Of a stretch of 64,000 nucleotides of DNA, positions 50,901 to 64,000 are shown one piece after another; position 1 is the stretch's first letter; each line of letters starts with the position of its first letter. Source of the DNA: Pocillopora damicornis (lineage: Eukaryota); the NCBI RefSeq assembly GCF_003704095.1, contig NW_020844463.1:186001-250000 (forward strand), given 5' to 3'. Position numbers and translations under genes: made by a program. The notes beneath the pieces were generated by a model, which searched no databases, was not told the origin of the DNA, and saw nothing but the letters and a program-made list of their open reading frames with translations.

Positions 50901-52714
50901 ACGGGGGTGGAAGAACTGCATTCGTCAACATCTGCAAAGAGATTAAATAGTCAGTAGTGGAGCTCCTATTGATGTTTATTACTGTTTGTAACTAAAAAAA
51001 AAGGAAACACAGGGAGAAGTGACAAGACTCCTGTTCAATATCGATGGTGTTATTTTTCAACACCTGCGTACACTTTGTGACATCGAAACACCTTTCGTAA
51101 AAAGATGTTCAAATTTTTTGGAACAACACCATTCAAAACTTAACAACTAAGATAAGTTTTTAATGCCAAAGTAAAATGCATCTCTAAAACACTTCAGCAA
51201 TAGCTAATAGTCGACAGCATACTAAAAACAATACATACTTTCATGAAACTTTAAGTTTTCTGATAATAAATTAATCACTCCTTTGGTTGAGAGGGATAAC
51301 TGACAAATGACCTGATTCTGCTGGTTTGTGTTATATTTTAACCCGTTACCAGCCTTCTTATACCAGGGACGTTTCATTCAAAGCCCAGTCGCTTTGTATC
51401 CGGCTTAGTTGATTCGCACCCAGTTGGTTGAGTTGTTTTGTGCCCAAACTAATCAAGTAGATTGTTCATGTTAATATGTTAAATGATAAGAATAAACAGA
51501 AAAAAACGAATTTACAACCGTTTATAACAAAGGGAGAAAAGTCTCACTTTCGCTGGCTCTTATTTTGTTTTATTTCCACCCTCCGTCAATCTCTTTTTAA
51601 TTTTATTTCCTAACAGTGTACTGGTAACTATTTGTGTCCCCTTATCTCAAGAAAGGGACCAAAAATTAAAGTGTCTATATCCAAAACATAACACACTTAT
51701 AAGACTAAGGCCAAAACCTCGGCGTTCATCAAGTTATCACCCTAACTCTCAACAATATCCTTACCGGAGCAAGATTTCCCGTCACCAAAGAATCCAGTCA
51801 AACACTGACAACGATATGAGCCTTCTGTGTTCTGACAATTGGCCTTTGGATCACAGTCAAAGATGGAAGAACTGCATTCGTCAACATCTNNNNNNNNNNN
51901 NNNNNNNNNNNNNNNNNNNNNNNNNNNNNNNNNNNNNNNNNNNNNNNNNNNNNNNNNNNNNNNNNNNNNNNNNNNNNNNNNNNNNNNNNGTTTGTGTAAA
52001 TATTTATAACTCAATCGCATTTTACATTCCAAACTGAAATGATCTTAGGGCCAGTAATGATTGTCTACATTTTTTAATGTGGAGTTTTCTCTGAGAGGAT
52101 AAAGGCAAAAAACTTAAACATCGATTTTCATGATGAATTAAGGTACCTTCTGTTTTCATGTCGCAGTAAGCGAATACAATCTTTTCAGGTATGATGGAGA
52201 AAATCCAGTATCTCGCACTGACCGCTTGCCCTCCTTCACTTGTTTTAATCTCTTTACACGTTTCAGCCGGAAGTTCTGGAACGGACCCGAGAGGCACTGA
52301 AAAACAACGGATTGTTTCTTGTTTACATATATCACTTATCATTCCGTAATACATTCTTAATTCTTGATTTTCTTTTTTCTAATTTAACATTAAGGTCTCA
52401 CCTCTCTTCATGTCTTTTCTGAAATAATATCGTTCAAAGTTTGGTACAAAATCTTCTGGTCTGGCTTCCTTAGTACGGTTGCTCAATTCGCAAATGTCTT
52501 CGGTAAAGACGTAGTTAAAACTCTGGCATCTGATGTCTTGGTAACATTCCCGTAAACACACATCACCGAAAGCCGCTTTTGTGATATTCTTGAAGATGTG
52601 TCCTTGCAGCATCATACCCAAGATCGACACCTCTCCTTTTGCGCTGCTATGTTGAGAACTTGCATCTAAGAATATTGGACTTACAACGATCAGCACTAGC
52701 AGAGTAAGGGCCAT
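47640..52714 (-). CDS. Gene E: secreted SP-PAN-fibrinogen/COLFI-like N-subdomain-cbEGF x4 or more-SRCR protein (uromodulin/DMBT1-like)
   Basis: Exons 52402-52714, 52147-52296, 51765-51887, (gap) 50825-50931, 49599-49721, 48842-48964, 47640-47965. Phase-1 GT/AG sites and open frames; two assembly gaps inside. Confidence 0.82.
48780..51889 (-). repeat. Tandem exon+intron repeat array (123-bp cbEGF exon within ~0.75-1.2-kb units)
   Basis: Repeated DVDECSSS..CDP.ANCQN..G exons whose introns also match each other and match 22560-22900, 32320-32530 and 37020-37730. Confidence 0.88.
52402..52714 (-). CDS. Gene E exon 1: signal peptide plus PAN/apple domain
   Basis: MALTLLVLIVVSPIFL...GMMLQGHIFK...CLRECYQDIRCQSFNY...CELSNRTKEARPEDF; donor GTGAG. 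Confidence 0.88.
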
Positions 52715-55700
52715 CTTGCTTCACTCATTGGCTCGACGACACCTAATGGCGATAAGAGTACTAGTAGATTGGACAGATGGAAAATTTTGCTAAGTCGCTG
52801 AGACTTTTCAAAGATTATTTATTGTTTGCGAAAAATCCAGCGGGCGCCAACAGTTGCTTAAAGCCATATAAAACAATCCTTTTCCAAGTTGAGACTAATA
52901 AAAGACCTTCGGGAGATCGCAACGTTGACCTGTCCAAATAAAAGATCTACTTCACAGAACAATACCCCAGCTCCTGCGTTGTTTTTTTCTTACCCTTTGA
53001 AAAAGAACAACATGAAATTATGACATTTGCGTGGTCTGAGAACCAAAGCACAGAAGGTGAATTATTTTAGTTTCTATTTAAAAGGGGGTTGGCTCGGTTG
53101 AGGTTGAGGTTTGCCGCCTTGAGAGACAGGTGACGCATCCAGCCACTCGCTAAAAGTATAAAATCAATTCTACGATCAAAGGTACTCACAAGGTAAGGTC
53201 CCTCTGGACGAAACTAACCGTCCATGAAAGGTACTTAAAGAAGGAAACAAAAACTAACATAAAAACCAAAAGAGTTATCGTCCTCTAAATCCAGGGAATT
53301 ATCAAGAGCACGCTTGTCGACGTAAGCGTAACAATATACATACATAATCCTAATTCTAGCTTACTCCCGTCAATGCCAAAAAAACAATTTCTTAGAGCTT
53401 AACCCTTTATAAATAAGATAAATTAAATGGAGTGTGAGTAGAATTTGACAAACACTTGAATCTGCTGCTTTAAATAACATGAATTTACATTTCGTTAAAG
53501 CCAAAAGGTTTTACCGACGAACTACTAAAAAAAACAGGCTTACCAGTAATAAATGTCTTCTCCCCAGAAGAACTGCTTCTTTCTTTTGCTATGCGCTCTC
53601 TTTGGTTATCAGATATGAAATAGGTCTTGGGTATCGACAAGCTGGTGTTTAAAACATGGCTGAAAAGATGTATTTCGAACAAGTTTAAGTAGACAAGCGT
53701 TGTTTAAGCTAATTTCGCTGCTTTTGACGTTGTTGCGTAGACAAACAGAAAATATATCACATTACATAATTTTTTTTGTTGAGTAAAGTTGGATAAGAAC
53801 ATCAAAACTTCTTAGTTGTATAGGCATAAGTACGAGGGAAGTTATGATATTACACGTATAAGTAAGAACACAGATAGGAATGCTCTGGTTCCTTCTCCAA
53901 GTTGATAAAATGAAAATCAGTTTATCTCATTGATTATACTAAGCAACCAAATTGAATGAACTTGTTTGCTTAATTTTACTGTTATTCAATATCTTAAGAC
54001 ACGAATCTTCAAATTAAGAACCACCTTCTTTCTTTTCCATGCTTTGACAGCAATTAACCACAAATACGGTAATAAAAATAAATACATGAAGACCATTATA
54101 TAGGTAAATAGGAACAATTTTTGGGCTGTCGTCCATCTTCAGTGAGAATTCCGCGGAGCTTAGCATACATTTAAACATTTCATATTACATTTTTTTTCTA
54201 AAAGTTAAGGAAATAACAGATGTTTAAAAGTTGGACACCAGAAACTATTACTTAAACGTTGATCATAACATAACATAACATACTTTGTTGACTTTCCTCA
54301 AGGGGGCTTTTCAAAGACAATAATAATAATAATAATAATAATAATCATAATGTTTCATTCTGCTCTCTCGCCAGGAAAACACTTCCTCAACATTTTATTT
54401 GAAACATTTGGAAACCTGTCTTTCAAAACTTCACGTCAGAAAGCAATCTATTTTTGTAAGTTTGAGCCGTGAAAGCAAGTGATGCATAAGCATGCAATAA
54501 AAATATGAACCTGCCGTGTTCTTTTCCGATATTTATCCTGCACTGGTCTCCTGCTTCTTAAAATGAATGGGGGAGTCTTTCTTTCAGAATTACTGACAAC
54601 TTCCTGTTTATTGCCTAAGGTTATGAGGAAAAGTCCACATCTTAAATTAACGTTATTTACAACACCTTTTTAACAGATGAAACAACAGCACATGACTTAT
54701 TTTTTCATTAAGATAATTTGGTTTCATTCTCTGAGTTGTTAATGTAGATTGGTCTCCATAAAGAGTTTTAAAGCTGACATTCGAGCATTTCATTGCTTCT
54801 AAAATTTGTTTTTCTAAGTATTTCTTCCACCTAACCGCAAATTGAAATAAATATGCTGCTCAAATGGTGACTGTAATTCAATATCTTAAAACACCAATCT
54901 CTAGCTTAAGAACCGCTTTCATGTTTTAACAGCAAAAACCGAAAATCCGATAACAAAAAGAAATATATGTAGATAAATAGCAACAATTCTTTGGTTGTGT
55001 TCCATCATTAATGTGAATATAATCTTTTACAATTTTGCTGAGTTCAGCTTACATTTGAACATTTTACATTTCATTTGCAATTATTGCCTTTAAAGTAGGG
55101 AAATAAGAGAAGTTAAAAGCCTGCCGTTTTAACGTTGATCAAAATTTTTCTGCTTTTGTTTTCATTACACCTAAACACCACCTGTAAGGAGAAGATTAAA
55201 GAAATCTTTCCCGCAGGTTCCATTACCTGTCAAACAGTAACAGAAGAACTACAGGAAGAGGGAATACTGTCCTTAGATAGCAAAATATTTTTCGTTAGGC
55301 GCACTCCGTTTGAATGTTTATGTCGCAATAATGATTGCAATGTTTGTCGCGTAAAATGTTTAATTTAAGAGAGGATGTCAGCATCCATCGAACAAATCTG
55401 TAATATTTTGGCAAGTCACCCAAAATTCGTTTTCACTCCTACATTCATGTTTTGTAGCCCAATATGTCCTAATAATTTTAGTGTAGTTTTTTTGTGAAAA
55501 TATATTTTAGTTTTCGAGAATTAATTATTTTCGTTCGACCACTCAAATATGCAAATTTTAACCGTGAATATTACCCGAGTTGTGTGACCTCCTATAACGA
55601 ATATACCTGACCTCCGGTAATTATGTCAACATAATCCGTTGTTTTATCATCTAAACTTAATCCCCTGTCGTTATTGAAGCTGGCAAAGGAACATCTATTT

Positions 55701-57924
55701 TTTGGTGAATATTTTTGGCCGAAATACTTTTCCTGTGTCGAAAAGTAGCATAAAAGAAGACAGTTTTAACGATGACCGATATGACAGAGTCTACTGAATT
55801 TCTAGCTTTTAAAAGACAAAAGGACGGTTACAAAGTAAAAAAATTTCCTTGTGTATTTATGTATTTCTATCCTGAGACGAACTCAAAGTCCGGCAAAATT
55901 TACTTGCTAGCGACTATAAAATATACACGGTCTGCTTACTTGCCGCCACCGAATTTATACGAAACGAGTCATTTCTGAATTAGTTTATGGGAATTTTCAT
56001 TGCAGAACGAAACACTCATTCTGGACGACCTTTTGTACCTGTATAATGTGAACGCGGTACGACACTCATATCTGTTTGAATCCTCTTTAAGAGGGGGGGA
56101 AGCATAGAAAGGTACAGAAAAGGAGATAAATATTTGTCATTTCTCACCCTCTGAGTCAACCTTGTCGCGTATCTTTTTATCTTTAGATGCACCTCCCACG
56201 AGGTTTTTCGCGGGTGATTCCATGATAGCCAATCATAAGAGAGCTGTGGTCGTCTATTGTTTCCGTCACATGCAGGCCGCACGAAAGGATCTCAATAACG
56301 GCGAAATGAGCGGAAAGTTTATCCGACGAAAGTTCTGATATCTATCAGGCAACCTCCCGCCATTTTTTAAGGTGTTATGCAAACGTCAGCGTGTTTTCGC
56401 GGGAAATTAAAGAACTCCCCACACATATCTTAGTTCTAAAAATAAAAACATACGGGTCAGGGTTGACCCAAGGGTACAATTCGTATGGAGGCTCCGAATG
56501 ATGGGCTCCTGGTATTACTCACATTTTTTTTACATTAATTACCGAGCAAATTTCAAGTAATAATTTCAGGGAGTAAAAAGCAACAACGAAAGGATTTCTA
56601 TCAAAGCGAGGTGCCATTTTCAGTCCTACCATGTCGGACACCTTGAATAAAGGGTGACACGCAAGCAGTTTCCTGCAGCTTTGACATAAAATAATTTTGA
56701 TGCCTCTTTGAAAAGAAAGAAAAGCTTGAACAGCAGATATCGCAAGATCTTTGGCTCGAGTTCTGGATGCACTTAAATAGTCTGTTTAACAAATACAAAC
56801 GTACAGTTATTTTAATCCCTACTAAATAATGTCAAGACGAACAAAACTTTAAAAGTATAGCCGTCCTCCCTCGAAGCAGGACAGATTTTGTCAAGCATAA
56901 AAATCTGACAGATCAGTGCCTAAAAGTTTTTATAATTAATGAATCAGTTCGCGTAAATTTTACGAAGTAACATTGACAAATCACATTTTTTGTTTTTAGG
57001 TGCTGACGGGGGAGGGGAAGGGGGAGGCGATCGGAAATGGGTAAAGATGCTTGTCGTACCTCTAAGGGGTCAAAATCAGCGGTCTGGTAACTTTCATGGT
57101 CTCTCAAACTTAAGTGAACTTCCAGAGACCTAGCTGATACCTTTTAGAGTGTTTTTCATTCGAAAAATTAAATGAAATAAGCATTAACAGGACCATTTTA
57201 TGATCTGACTTCCGGCTCTAGAGTACGTCGATAAAAGAGTTTTTATTTTTAGGATTTTTTAAGTTTTTGTGTTTGAATTGGTACATTTTAAGGGTAGACA
57301 TAAATTGTAACTACTCCCATACGGATAAGACTCAGGTAGCTTTAATAATTTTATAGGCGTCGTTTTCGAAATTCCCGGCGCGCATCCCCGCCCTCTTACC
57401 GTATTTCTTCACCTATAAGCCGAGGCCCTACAAGTTAGAGACCTTCCAAAAGACTCGTGTTGTCCAAAGAGCGAAATTCTTCATTGTAACCGGCCATTTG
57501 AGTGAGCGAACCTCACGGAATAAATTGGGAAATGGCTCACCGAACACAAAACCTAATGAATGAGAATAAATACAAAAGAAAAAAAAGGGAATCAGTGAAG
57601 ATTTAAATACTATTACGCGACTGAAGAAACACAACAATGCCCTCAGTTACNNNNNNNNNNNNNNNNNNNNNNNNNNNNNNNNNNNNNNNNNNNNNNNNNN
57701 NNNNNNNNNNNNNNNNNNNNNNNNNNNNNNNNNNNNNNNNNNNNNNNNNNAAATACGTTGTTGTCATGACAATTTAAATGTATGTATAGGTATGTATAGG
57801 GGTCCCCCGGGAGATGCTGATACGTGCTGCACACTTGAAATTTAGCAAGGAAAAATTTTGATGTGATTTTTGGTGAAGAGAAACAAGTTTTGTCAGCGTC
57901 TAGTAGCTAATGCGGAAGGGCCCT

Positions 57925-58094
57925 TTACCACAGTGTGCATAATTACGCGTCCCGCCAAACGGCGGGAAGTCAACAAAGTGTTCAGACATTAGTATAGAAA
58001 ACCCCGCCTCCGTCTGGATTTTTTCTAGCCTCTTGACCAATTCCCAATCGAGACCCAAGTCTGACGGGACGCGTAATTTTGCACAAGGCGGTAA
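57925..58094. mobile_element. ~170-bp MITE-like fold-back element
   Basis: TTACCACAGTGTGCATAATTACGCGTCCCGCCAAAC versus GTCTGACGGGACGCGTAATTTTGCACAAGGCGGTAA (imperfect ~36-bp inverted repeats). Confidence 0.6.
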
Positions 58095-61000
58095 GTAGCC
58101 TACTTACCGGAGCCAGGTTTTATGAATTTTCCAGACGTCTTAACTTCTATCTGTGATACACACTTGCCAATTCCCTTATGGCTTTTGGAATCGACTTTTA
58201 AGTTAAAACCCTACCTTCACCTTGGCCAAACACTTCTTTAAGCACTCTACATCTACTATTAGAACCACGACTCCACCCAACACCGAGATCTAATCTAACT
58301 CACTCCGCTACTGACTTGTCTTTTTTACAACTAAGCAAGGGAATGACTTGAGATAGGCAACTTCGGTCTTCTCGATAACTAAACCCACAAGTTCCACCAG
58401 CGATTGATTTAAGTAAACAGCAAATCTCCATGTTAGCATGTAAGTGAGACGCTTATACAACAAATCAATTAGCTAAATCAATCTATAGCTTGTCAATCAA
58501 ATTGACTTTTGTAAACATTATTTGATTTCCGCCGGAAAAGAAATCATTGATGGATCTGAACACTTAAGTTTTCTGAATGCAGTAATTCCTAGAATGTTTT
58601 TCAAGATATCATGCGAAGAGGAAAAAAACCCATCTCTTGAAATTTCGGAGGTTGATTCAACTTTGAATTTCTATATGTCACGCTTGTTATGTAAATAATG
58701 TAATAAGATGGAGAAGGTATATAAACTGGAACTCAAATCTGGCTAGAAGATGGTAGAGCAAAACGTAATCATCTAAACAGCTAATAAAATCATAAATAAA
58801 CAAGGTAACAGCGTTATGTTAGATTCTTTTTTTCAAATTGTGGTGATGTATGCCAGTAAACCTACCCACACCGAGAGTAAAGAGAAAATACGATAAACAG
58901 TGTATCTTTCCTGCAAAGCGACGTTTCAAGTGCGATTACTTATCAAAGCGTAACAGAATCAAAGGGCGCCCGTGGCCAACTCGTGGATAAAATATTAAAG
59001 AGATATATACTTGTAAAGTCGCTATCACTAAACTAAGGTGTTAAGATAGAAAGTAAAACCATTGCAAGAATAGAAATTATAGTACTTGAGTATGTGATGG
59101 ATACTTGCTGAGTATGTGCATACTTGAGTATGTGCAGCTGGACCTCTGCCCTAAACCCCCCCCCCCCCCCTTCTCTGAATTAACATCTAAGTAGTAGTAA
59201 TGGCTAAGAGTGATGAAGCAAAATATCGTACATAATCACTCTAGGTTGATAATAAACATTCTACCTTGTACTGCTTATACCGTGATTGCAGCATTCCCAC
59301 GTGCGTAAAGTGATTGTAACTTAGGAGAAACGCACGCTTGTTACACCAAAAAAACCCGCGTGTAGCAGAAGAGGCCGATCACTCGCAATTTCTCCTAGTT
59401 TTGAATTTCCCTTTTGTTTTAAATTACACGCATATGCTTGTATTTTTTTACACGGGTACGATGGAATTGATTGGAAAAGCATTCCTTTAAATAGGAAGTC
59501 GTCGTGCGTTCCGAGCGAAAAAGATCGTCAAGTGATCAAAACAACACCGGCCAAAGTATGGTCACGTGCCCGGCAACGATTTGTAGAAACCGATCATATT
59601 TTATTCTTACCATCAAAACAGTCACGTTTGCATAGAAAAACAAAACGAAACAACATTAACGAAAAGACTGAAATTGGCCTAGCTGCCGAAACGTCCCATA
59701 AAAAAACCCCCGAAACGAAAGAAGTAATTATATAAATTAACATTTTTTGTATGTCATAGGTACATGTTTCCGTGGGAATTTCCATCTCAACAGTTTGCTC
59801 TGTCACTCACAAACTCCTCGTGATTCTCGTTGCTCCTTATTATGTTTAGCGCATGGAAAATTTGAAGACCCTTCAAATTTGGTCTTTAATCATAGCACTA
59901 ATCTGAGACATTCGAAGTCCATTTCAATTTAGTAAATGTCGAAACAGCCGAGTAAAGACAATAACCATCGTAACGATCGATGCAATCACAATGGCGCCAT
60001 GACTTCAGACTTCTTCAGAAGGATAGATCATGAGTTCGAAGACGACTAATTACGACTAATTACAAAGAGTCCAAGCCAATTTGCATATCCCATAGCGCCC
60101 ACAACAACTCGTTTCTAGGCTACCGCGTATCCACGAGTTAAAAACTACAGGAAGGGAAGACTGTCCTGAGACATTAAACATTTTACATTGGAATATTTAA
60201 TGTGAGCTTTTTTAGGCCAGAAATATTTACGTTTCAATAACGATAGAAGTACTTAGCCGGAATAAAATAAAATTTTGTTGAGTAACTTTTTTACTCTGCT
60301 TTCTCCGAAGTAAAACTCTTAATCGACATTGCTTTTGAAAGATTGGACACCTGACTTCTAAAACTGCGCGTCAGTAAGCAATCTCTTGTCTGTTTAGCTT
60401 GACTCGTAAAAGGAAGTGATATCTAGGTAAGCAAAAAAATTTATCCTCGCCGTATCGCTTGCAAATATTTACATTTTCCAATAGATTCACTCGCATTAAT
60501 GCTTCCTATTTATCAAAACGCAGTTACTGATTGAAAAAAGCGGAATTACAAGGTAAACTTTTCAGGCCAAATACACGAAGTCTAACCCCAGACAATGATT
60601 TTATGTAATAAGTGGGCCTGATTAAGTAAATGTCCTTGTCCTTCCACTCTTAGCTCACGGTCATTTTAACACCGTTCACAAAAATAAATATTCAGATGTA
60701 AGGTTAGGCTACATTAAGAATTGTTTACGACGTGGTTTTGTTAAAAAACGGTCAAACTTTGTTTACAAAAACAGACCTTAGTCTCACCTTTTCCGCTCTC
60801 TCGCTTTGAAAACGCTTCATCAACATTTCATTTGAAAAAAAGATTGGAAATCTGTCCTTTAAAACTGCAAATCAGAAAGCAATCTCTCGTTAGCTTGAGC
60901 TGTGGAAGATTGCACTAAAACCTACTCCTGCTGTTGTTTGCAAATATTTTTTATGCACTGGTCTCCTGCTTAATAATTACTGACAATTTCCTGTTTATCG

Positions 61001-62511
61001 CCTGACTCTGAAAAAAATTCCACGTCTTAAAGTAAAGTTATTTACAACACGTACATGTTCAAAATGCTAAATTCTCTTTCTATACATGACCACACTAAAT
61101 GAATCTGCTCCCTCAAACAAAATAGCGAATTATAAATGATGAAGATGGTAAAATACATTTTGAGAGCATTGTGTGCCGAATGTCTTCCTGTTGATATTGT
61201 CATCAATTTTTAACTCATCAGTATGTTGTCGTAGATCTTTGGTTCTCTATGAGAATAGACACCGCGGGATATATGGATTAGCTAAAAAACAGTCACGTAA
61301 AGTACTAATTTTCTCATTGCTTTTCTAATCGAAAACTTTTAGTGAGAATTTTTAAGTCTTAACCTTGAAAAAATGTTGATAATGGTAAAAATTACAACGA
61401 GGTTGTCTTAAACTTCCAATGTAAAGCATTCTTCGGCTCAAAAACTATCCTTTGTATTGGTCGTCTAATTATTTATTCCACATTCGACGTTGTCGTAAGC
61501 TTAGGAAAAAACAAAATTTAATGGTGCCAAATTGCTAATTATAATAAAAAAAGAACGAAAACAAAAAGAAAAGAAAAGAGATGAAATAAGGTATCGTTTT
61601 GAAAAATGAAACAAGGTCGGACCTGACATATTTTTTGTCATCATCATCGATGTTTTGCTATCGTTTGTGTTACACGAGAAAACTTTCATGACAACTTTGC
61701 CACGACAACATTAACAAGGGCATGTTGCACGAGACCATTTTTAACTTAAGACTCTAAATGAAATATAAGTCAAGGCTACTGCTTGTTTAATATAAGAGGT
61801 GATCGGAATTCTTGGCAGGCATTTCGTAAAAGTTGATCTTGCAGATATTCTTCATTTTGGCTTATGTATAAAGTGTATTTGAAACGATAAAAAACTTAAC
61901 AACGTGTTACCAAATCAAAAGTTAACTAGTTACCGGTATAATGTTACGTGGGGTTTGATTTTAGGTACAGCGGTGTTGCGCGAGAAATCAATTTTGTAAC
62001 TCGTACCGTATAGCACAACCTTTAAGGAGAAGGTAATGAAGAGAAAATGAAAATAGATTCATAACTTCCTCTTCCATAAGTCTGAATTATAAAAGAATGG
62101 ATTCTTTCATATCCCTCGTGAGGAGAATGTAATCTTTTCGTTTCTGCCAGTAAAGAATCAGTTAGTACCCATTAGGATACAGGCTTGCATTAGTTTAAGA
62201 CTATTCAGGCTGCTTCGTTCAGAGGCAGCTGAGACATGTATAGAAACAATGTTTGCATACATAAATCTTGAAGATTACCTTTACAGGTACTTAAGTAATT
62301 CGACTTTTTAACTATTATTTCCAATTCCTCACCGTAGCCCACGGAAGTGTGATCACAGCCACCAACAACATTAACCCAGAGACAAAAAGTCGCTTCTACG
62401 TCAATAGGAGCATGCTGAAAAAAAAGGTCGTGAATTGCAATACCACAAAATGACTTGTGGCAAAAAAAAAGTGTTTGTTTCTTGCATATCAGGTTTTTGT
62501 TTGCGACAAAT

Positions 62512-62700
62512 CTAATTGTTACAAACCACGCCAGTATTCTCAGTATGTTGACGGTTTTCGATTTCCCGCCCAAAGAACGTACAGAGAAATAATATTGCAT
62601 CTCCCGCTTGGCAGTAGTCTTCATCCACTTAGAATGGGTCAGACCCCTGACCTTATTTAGCACAATAACTAGCCTTGGTTGCACCAAAAAGGCAACTAGC
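62512..62700 (-). pseudogene. Gene F: degenerate terminal SRCR exon fragment
   Basis: GATKASYCAK*GQGSDPF*VDEDYCQAG...TGVVCNN*; homologous to 47640-47820, including the 3' flank. Confidence 0.8.
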
Positions 62701-62779
62701 AAGGTTTGCCCCTTGGAAATCCCAGAAACCTTTGAGCAAACACGGGAATCTGATTACTTGCAAATCATTCATAACACCT

Positions 62780-62872
62780 CACTCCACTTCGATGGGAAAG
62801 TATAACATGGTAATTGGTATGATCAACGGAGCTGATAACGTAAATTGGCCACCATAAAGAGTTTCAAAGTGG
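62780..62872 (-). mobile_element. Diverged Penelope-like terminal fragment (others at ~40490-40530 and ~54757-54790)
   Basis: GATGGGAAAGTATAACATGGTAATTGG...AACGTAAATTGGCCACC resembles 29345-29430. Confidence 0.55.
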
Positions 62873-64000
62873 ATGAGCCACAAAACGATTGCGTATCAAA
62901 ATTTTACTCAATATTTCATTGTTTTACTCCGAAAATTCGCCTGCACTTTTTTCTATTTTCAACAATTACAATAGGAACTAAAAGTACCCAACAAATTTAT
63001 TTAGACTCCGCTATAAAGCATGTATCACTTAAAAAAAAGCTGCAGGGAAATATTCATTAGCTATCTTTCAATTGGCTATGTAATGGTAGCTTATTCTATT
63101 TAGAGTCCATTTTTTCAGCTATCGCGGGGTTTTGAATTGGTAAATTTGCTTTGATCTCAGGCAAATGTGAAGAATGCCTTTATCGCTAGCAATAGCTCTT
63201 AACAAAAATCAATTCTTACTTTCCCTCTCTCGCTGCAATTGAAATACGTCAGCGACAATTTACTTCAGGAGCGGCTGGGCTTGCTTAGGAAGATACAAAG
63301 CACAGTATAGTAGACATTATCAAACGCAAGATGGTTTTACAACAGTTCCATGCCGGGGCCATAAGCAAGACAATGATAAGATAAACTGAAGTGGTTAAAC
63401 GATTAAGCTCGCTACAGACTGGGAGATATAGAGACAATAGAGGCTTCGTTTAAAAGGAGGATGGACGACCTAAATATGATTTTGTAAATACAGTTACGCT
63501 TTAGGTAGACACAAATAATCACTTATTTAACTCAGCACCCCTTTGTAATGCATAAACTGAAACACGCATAACAGTATATCCATTGATGGTAACACGCTGT
63601 TCAAAACATTAAAGCACTACAAAAATCATGTGTGCTTCCTATAGCAGCTACATTGTATTGGTCCAAAAGAATATTCCGTATCCACTTGTTCCTCTTAGAA
63701 TACATCACGCAAGGACTCGTGTTAACCTTATCGTGTGACGATTTTGGAAAAATTCGCCTCAGTTTACCATGATTATTAAAGTAAAGCATTGAAATTTCTA
63801 GAGACAAAAATGATTGCTTTATTAAGGTCTTTTGAGGTATGAAATAATGCATACTTTCCGGTGGGAACAAACGTATTTCAAAATAGTTACAACTGGAAAA
63901 AAAAAGAAAAATTTCCAATCATCTGGATAATACTAACGCAAATAGATAAGAGTTCCCTGGTCTAACTTTTTCTGTCGACCAACAGATTCTTGTTTTTTTT

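Noticed and set aside
51742-52032. ORFs spanning N runs (also 23612-23996, 28199-28449, 40671-40946, 43038-43414, 50494-50946, 57643-57834)
   Set aside because: They are artefacts of translating through assembly gaps.
54960-62200. Short ORFs across the right-hand intergenic region
   Set aside because: They are low-complexity or AT-rich, with no domain motifs or splice-consistent models.

Overview
AT-rich, intron-containing animal DNA with eight 100-N assembly gaps. The repeat families and domain repertoire suggest a cnidarian, probably a stony coral (inference). The window is a minus-strand tandem cluster of secreted, modular lectin/scavenger-receptor genes. The best model is a complete 17-exon gene (6794-16003, 1231 aa by my splice-site reading): signal peptide, 3 H-type-lectin-like repeats, follistatin/Kazal, 3 more repeats, C-type lectin, 2 cbEGF, CUB, 2 SRCR, the last with a poly-Tyr/Arg/Trp loop. 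A paralogue starts at 3938 and presumably continues off the left edge. A second architecture (PAN, fibrinogen/COLFI-like N-subdomain, cbEGF array, SRCR) lies at 47640-52714, with pseudogenised or chimeric relatives at 21729-35502, 37403-38938 and 62512-62700. Mobile DNA: a 9-kb Tc1/mariner element (23000-32059) enclosing a SWIM-finger remnant, a BEL/Pao remnant, a Penelope-like 3' end with a minimal hammerhead ribozyme and a possible BEN-domain exon; also a tRNA-derived SINE with an inverted, permuted structure, LINE fragments and MITEs. All gene models were read by eye and no database searches were run.
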